From: Elusimicrobiota bacterium
Lineage (GTDB): Bacteria; Elusimicrobiota; Elusimicrobia; UBA1565; UBA9628
Assembly (NCBI GenBank): GCA_027319565.1
Contig: DAHVNA010000005.1
Coordinates: forward strand, 8,759-72,758
Reading direction: 5' to 3'
DNA: 64,000 nt
Of this stretch, positions 60,191 to 64,000 are shown in pieces. Made by a program: the position numbers and the translations under genes. The notes beneath the pieces are model-generated. The model saw nothing but the letters and a program-made list of their open reading frames with translations, had not been told where the DNA came from and searched no databases. Within the stretch, counting starts at the first letter, position 1. Each line of letters starts with the position of its first letter.

Positions 60191-61119
60191 ACGCCGCTCA
60201 AATTGCCCAAGCCTTAAAGGAACGCGCGCTTGAACTCGGGGCCGACAGAGTCGGAATTTCTCCCGCGGCGGCATTTCCAGAGGCGAAATTTTATCAGGAA
60301 TGGATTTCTAAGTCCTACCATGCCGCGATGGATTATATGGCCAAAGATCCGCAAACAAGATCCGACATTCGCCGCTGGTGGCCCCAGGCCCGTTCGGTTT
60401 TTATCTGCGCTTTTGACTACTCCGACAATCGACAAAAACCTCTTCCCAAGGGCCACGGACGTGTCGCGCGCTATGCGGGAGAAAGAGATTATCATCTTGT
60501 TTTAAAAGAAAAAATGAAAGCCCTTGCCTCTTTCTTAAAGACTTTAACTCCCGAAGCCGATTCAAAAATTTTTGTCGACACCAGCCCCATTCTTGAGAGG
60601 CTCTACGGCCGCTATGCGGGTCTGGGCTGGATCGGGAAAAACACGATGCTTTTATCGAAAGAAGGGTCTTATTTTTTCTTGTCGGGAATGGCCATTAATC
60701 TGGAACTCCCGACCGACTCTCCTCAAGCCGATCACTGCGGCAGCTGTCGGCGTTGCTTGGACGCATGCCCCACCCAGGCCTTTGTCCAAGAACGAGTTCT
60801 GGACGCGAGCAAATGTATTTCCTATTGGACCATCGAACACAGAGGAGAAATTCCGCCGCAAGAACAATCGGCCATTGGGGAATGGGTTTTTGGATGCGAT
60901 ATCTGCCAAGAGGTCTGCCCCTTTAACCGTTTTGCCTCTTTCGGGAAAACCTTTCAAAGTCCCGGATATGAAAGTCTTCCCCTTAAAGAAATCGAAGAAA
61001 AATCGGAAGCCGAATTTAATTCTGATTTTTCAAAAACAGCCCTTGCCCGCTCAAAGCGCTCAGGACTTGCTAGAAATGCCCGCATCGTCTTAAAAAATAC
61101 AGAGAAGCGCTTCCAATGA
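60187..61119 (+). CDS. queG: Epoxyqueuosine reductase
   Basis: VARYA..RDYH, VDTSP, GWIGKN, CGSCRRCLDACPT, GCDICQEVCP. The frame stays open and QueG-like upstream of ATG 60328, back to ATA 60187. Confidence 0.92.
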   Translation: MNAAQIAQALKERALELGADRVGISPAAAFPEAKFYQEWISKSYHAAMDYMAKDPQTRSDIRRWWPQARSVFICAFDYSDNRQKPLPKGHGRVARYAGERDYHLVLKEKMKALASFLKTLTPEADSKIFVDTSPILERLYGRYAGLGWIGKNTMLLSKEGSYFFLSGMAINLELPTDSPQADHCGSCRRCLDACPTQAFVQERVLDASKCISYWTIEHRGEIPPQEQSAIGEWVFGCDICQEVCPFNRFASFGKTFQSPGYESLPLKEIEEKSEAEFNSDFSKTALARSKRSGLARNARIVLKNTEKRFQ

Positions 61120-62414
61120 GACTGCAAACTCTTCTGTGCCTTTTTCTGATCTCTGCCGGCGTCCTTAAAGCTCAAGCCCAAACAAATGATCAAGATCAGA
61201 TCGTGGTCAACAATTTAAAAGCTCCCACCACCGCTCAAAACGATGTCACTCAAACTCCCAGCTTGGTGAGGTGGATGTTTCACAAGACCGGCCGGAATAT
61301 TCAGGTCATCGTCCCTATTCTCGCCACCGACCCAAATAGCGGAACCTCGGTTGGGATCATGCCTATCATAGTGAAACAGAGAAAAAATTCAGACGACATT
61401 GAAAGCATCACCGCGCCTTCCATAATCGAAAACCAATACTTCGGCCCCGAAGGAACCTATCGGTATTATTATTTTCCGAATCAATACGAAAGTTTTACCG
61501 CCATCGGCACAATCGGAAAATACGAAAACGAGGCCCTCATCGAATATAAAAATCTCCACTTAGAAAACACCGATACCGATATCGATTTACGCCTGCACAA
61601 AAACACCAACGCCGGCGGGCTTTTTTACGGCATCGGTTCAAATTCCGCATATGGAAAGCAGTCTAGCTATATTTCCCATGCCTGGAGTTACAATCTGACG
61701 GCCGGACACTCGCTTTTTCCCGACTCTCATTGGCGGATAGAGGCCAACAGCCATCTTTTATCTGAACGGGTGACCAACGGCGTCATTCCGGGAATGCCGG
61801 GAATCAAGACGGAATTTAATGGATTTGTCCCCAATAGTTTCGAACAAGTTCAAGAAGGAAGATTAAGCCTTGAATACGACTCTAGAGATAGCCAAGTTAC
61901 GACGACCAAGGGAGCATTCCTCCAAGCCTATTCGGGATATTCAGTTCAGGGTATCGCTAGCAGCTATAACTACGATCGCTATGGAATTGACGGCCGCTAT
62001 TTCTATCCCTGGCCCAATCACCCGGACAATGTCTTGGCCTTCCAAGTTCAAGGACAGCAACTTTACGGCAGCGCGCCTTTTTGGCTTTTGCCGGAACTCG
62101 GCGGGAAATACAGTCTCAGGGCCTACGCCTACGGCCGATACGTCGACAACGGAATGTATGCCGTCAATATCGAACAGAGATTTAAAGTTTATGAGGCCAA
62201 GATGGCGGGAGTCCCAACTGATATCGAACTGGCCCCCTTTGCCGGCATCGGCAGCGTTTTTTCCGACCCCACCGATGCGACGGCCCGATACTCTCGCCCA
62301 GTTTTTGGGACCGCCATTCGCGCGATAGCCCGACCTCAAGTCGTCGGCTCGCTGGATTTTGGGGTGGGACAAGAAGGCTTGGTCGCCTTCATGGATATCA
62401 ATTACGCATTCTAA
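61116..62414 (+). CDS. Omp85/BamA-TamA family outer-membrane barrel without POTRA domains
   Basis: Signal peptide; YDSRD, TTKG, LGG..SLRAY..GRY; terminal Phe. Confidence 0.8.
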   Translation: MRLQTLLCLFLISAGVLKAQAQTNDQDQIVVNNLKAPTTAQNDVTQTPSLVRWMFHKTGRNIQVIVPILATDPNSGTSVGIMPIIVKQRKNSDDIESITAPSIIENQYFGPEGTYRYYYFPNQYESFTAIGTIGKYENEALIEYKNLHLENTDTDIDLRLHKNTNAGGLFYGIGSNSAYGKQSSYISHAWSYNLTAGHSLFPDSHWRIEANSHLLSERVTNGVIPGMPGIKTEFNGFVPNSFEQVQEGRLSLEYDSRDSQVTTTKGAFLQAYSGYSVQGIASSYNYDRYGIDGRYFYPWPNHPDNVLAFQVQGQQLYGSAPFWLLPELGGKYSLRAYAYGRYVDNGMYAVNIEQRFKVYEAKMAGVPTDIELAPFAGIGSVFSDPTDATARYSRPVFGTAIRAIARPQVVGSLDFGVGQEGLVAFMDINYAF

Positions 62415-62432
62415 AAGAAACTGAGAGAAATC

Positions 62433-62756
62433 CTAATCGCTTTCCCAGTTTTCCTCAAAAGAATCTTCCGACAAGAAAGAGCGGCACCACGGACAACGGC
62501 GCACCGGGCCGTAGGTGCGGTGACAATCATTTTCCGAAGACCACCATTCCTCAAAAAACATCGGGACGGTCTTTCGGCATTTGATGCAAAAGCGGATTAA
62601 GGTTGCGCCGCAAGACCAACAAAACTTGGGAAATTCCTCGCCTTCCGGATGATGGATGAGCGAACGACAGACCCCGCATTGAATGTCGATGTGGAGCTGA
62701 AATCTTGGCCGGAGAACCTCTTTTTTATCCTTGCGCTCTTTTTTGCCTTTAGCCAT
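62433..62756 (-). CDS. Double zinc-ribbon protein
   Basis: Four CxxC pairs; AAGGA SD. Confidence 0.7.
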   Translation of the reverse strand: MAKGKKERKDKKEVLRPRFQLHIDIQCGVCRSLIHHPEGEEFPKFCWSCGATLIRFCIKCRKTVPMFFEEWWSSENDCHRTYGPVRRCPWCRSFLSEDSFEENWESD

Positions 62757-62785
62757 ATATTTTCCTTGGTATCTTCATTTTAGGA

Positions 62786-64000
62786 TTACGACAAGGCCGT
62801 CATCCAAACGGTTTTAAATTCCAAATATTTCCGCATCCAAGAGCGTCCCTGGGCAAAACGAGATTCCCAATCCTTGGGCTCATGAGTCCAGGTCCGCTTC
62901 ATATTGCTGATCGACAACTCCTCGATTTTCTTGGCCAATTCCGGAGTTCCGGAAAAATCAATTCCCGCAACGGCGCGATGCTCCGCCAAAACAGGCGCAA
63001 GCTCTTCCGCTTTTCCGGTCACGATATTGACCACCCCAGAGGGCATATCAGAGGCGTCTAAAACTTCGATCAGAATTGAAGCCGCCAGTGGAAATTTCTC
63101 CGAAGGAACGGCAATCACCGCGTTTCCAGAGGCAATGGCCGGAAAGATCTTCGACACAAGCGCTAGAAGAGAAGGAGTCTCGGGAGAAACCAGGCCAACA
63201 ACACCCATTGGTTCGGGGTAGGTGATGTTAAAATCGGTCTGGGTCACGGGGTTGACATTGCCGGTGTATTTATCGGTCCAGCCGGCGTAGTAGAGAATGC
63301 GGTTAAGACTTAACTCGACTTCCCTTTGAGCTGCGGAATCGGAACAGCCTGTCTGCGCCGAGATAATCTGGGTTAATTCCGCAAAGCGGCTCTGAAGAAT
63401 CTCGGCGGTGCGGTAAAGAATCTGACCGCGCAAATAAGCGGTTGATTTAGACCATCCGGGCTGGGCCTTTAAAGCCGCTTCCACCGCATCGCGAATGTCT
63501 TTTCTTGAGCCCAGAGGAACATCCGCTATCAATTTCTCGTCATGAGAAAAAATTTTGTAGTAGCGCCCGGACTCGGAGCGAACCTGCTTGCCCCCGATGA
63601 GCATTTTAGGAGTCTTCCATATCTGGCCGTTTAAATCAAAAGAATGGGAAATCGCCTTTTTATTTTCTAAATGCGTCGCTTCGCCAGTCTCCAACTCTTC
63701 GATTTGAACATACTCCCAAAGGCCCACGGGCCCGCCTTCTCGTCCAAAGCCGCTTTCCTTAAATCCGCCAAATTCCGCCGCGGCGTCGAATTTATTGGCG
63801 CCATTTCCCCAAATAGTACCGGCCTTAATCGCCCGGGCAACTTCGATCATCTTGGCGACATCCTTGGTCCAAACGCTGGCGGCAAGGCCGTAAAAGGTGT
63901 TGTTAGCCAGTTCAATGGCTTCTTCCTTGGTTCGGAAGGTCATGGTGGCTAAAACCGGGCCGAAAATCTCTTCCCGGGCGATCGTGTGGGAAGTCTCAAC
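62786..64000 (-). CDS. Aldehyde dehydrogenase, ALDH16-like two-module form (5' part outside the window)
   Basis: The frame is open to the window end (EEIFGPVL..MTF, FGGFKESGFGREGG), followed by a second NAD-binding-like module. Confidence 0.88.
   Translation of the reverse strand, partial: VETSHTIAREEIFGPVLATMTFRTKEEAIELANNTFYGLAASVWTKDVAKMIEVARAIKAGTIWGNGANKFDAAAEFGGFKESGFGREGGPVGLWEYVQIEELETGEATHLENKKAISHSFDLNGQIWKTPKMLIGGKQVRSESGRYYKIFSHDEKLIADVPLGSRKDIRDAVEAALKAQPGWSKSTAYLRGQILYRTAEILQSRFAELTQIISAQTGCSDSAAQREVELSLNRILYYAGWTDKYTGNVNPVTQTDFNITYPEPMGVVGLVSPETPSLLALVSKIFPAIASGNAVIAVPSEKFPLAASILIEVLDASDMPSGVVNIVTGKAEELAPVLAEHRAVAGIDFSGTPELAKKIEELSISNMKRTWTHEPKDWESRFAQGRSWMRKYLEFKTVWMTALS

Noticed and set aside
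60187..61119. queG as a truncated pseudogene
   Set aside because: The upstream frame is open and QueG-like, with no frameshift or internal stop.
1..64000. Prophage, integrase, transposase, reverse transcriptase, tRNA or rRNA genes
   Set aside because: No recognisable motifs in the ORFs, and the intergenic gaps are short with no matching structure.

Overview
A 64-kb bacterial chromosomal segment, mostly housekeeping genes. The type IV pilin family and the overall gene set suggest Elusimicrobiota; this is an inference from recalled family resemblance, not a search result. Core content: the end of the dcw cluster (murB-ftsQ-ftsA-ftsZ), ndk, murQ, rpsU-dnaG-rpoD, a fluoride riboswitch controlling crcB-DUF190, pcrA-gatC-gatA-gatB (split by an adenine methyltransferase/nuclease cassette and a NUDIX gene), gcvTHP with a lipoate ligase, rplU-rpmA-obgE coupled to hpnCDE, dcd, Tad-like pilins, greA, queG and a partial ALDH16-type dehydrogenase. 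Main points of interest: (1) a secreted beta-propeller that closely resembles acidophile tetrathionate hydrolase (TetH), including the catalytic Asp motif; (2) an FtsH-like protease with a signal peptide and two intact AAA modules; (3) a paired GGGCC-N4-GGCCC palindrome lying exactly 23 nt upstream of a -10 box in front of two secreted-protein genes; (4) 10-nt-period inverted repeat elements read as the N-termini of exported proteins; (5) frequent leaderless promoters and probable ATA/ATC start codons; (6) a double cysteine-peptidase fusion next to a DUF1460 amidase. No rRNA, tRNA, CRISPR array, integrase or transposase was seen.
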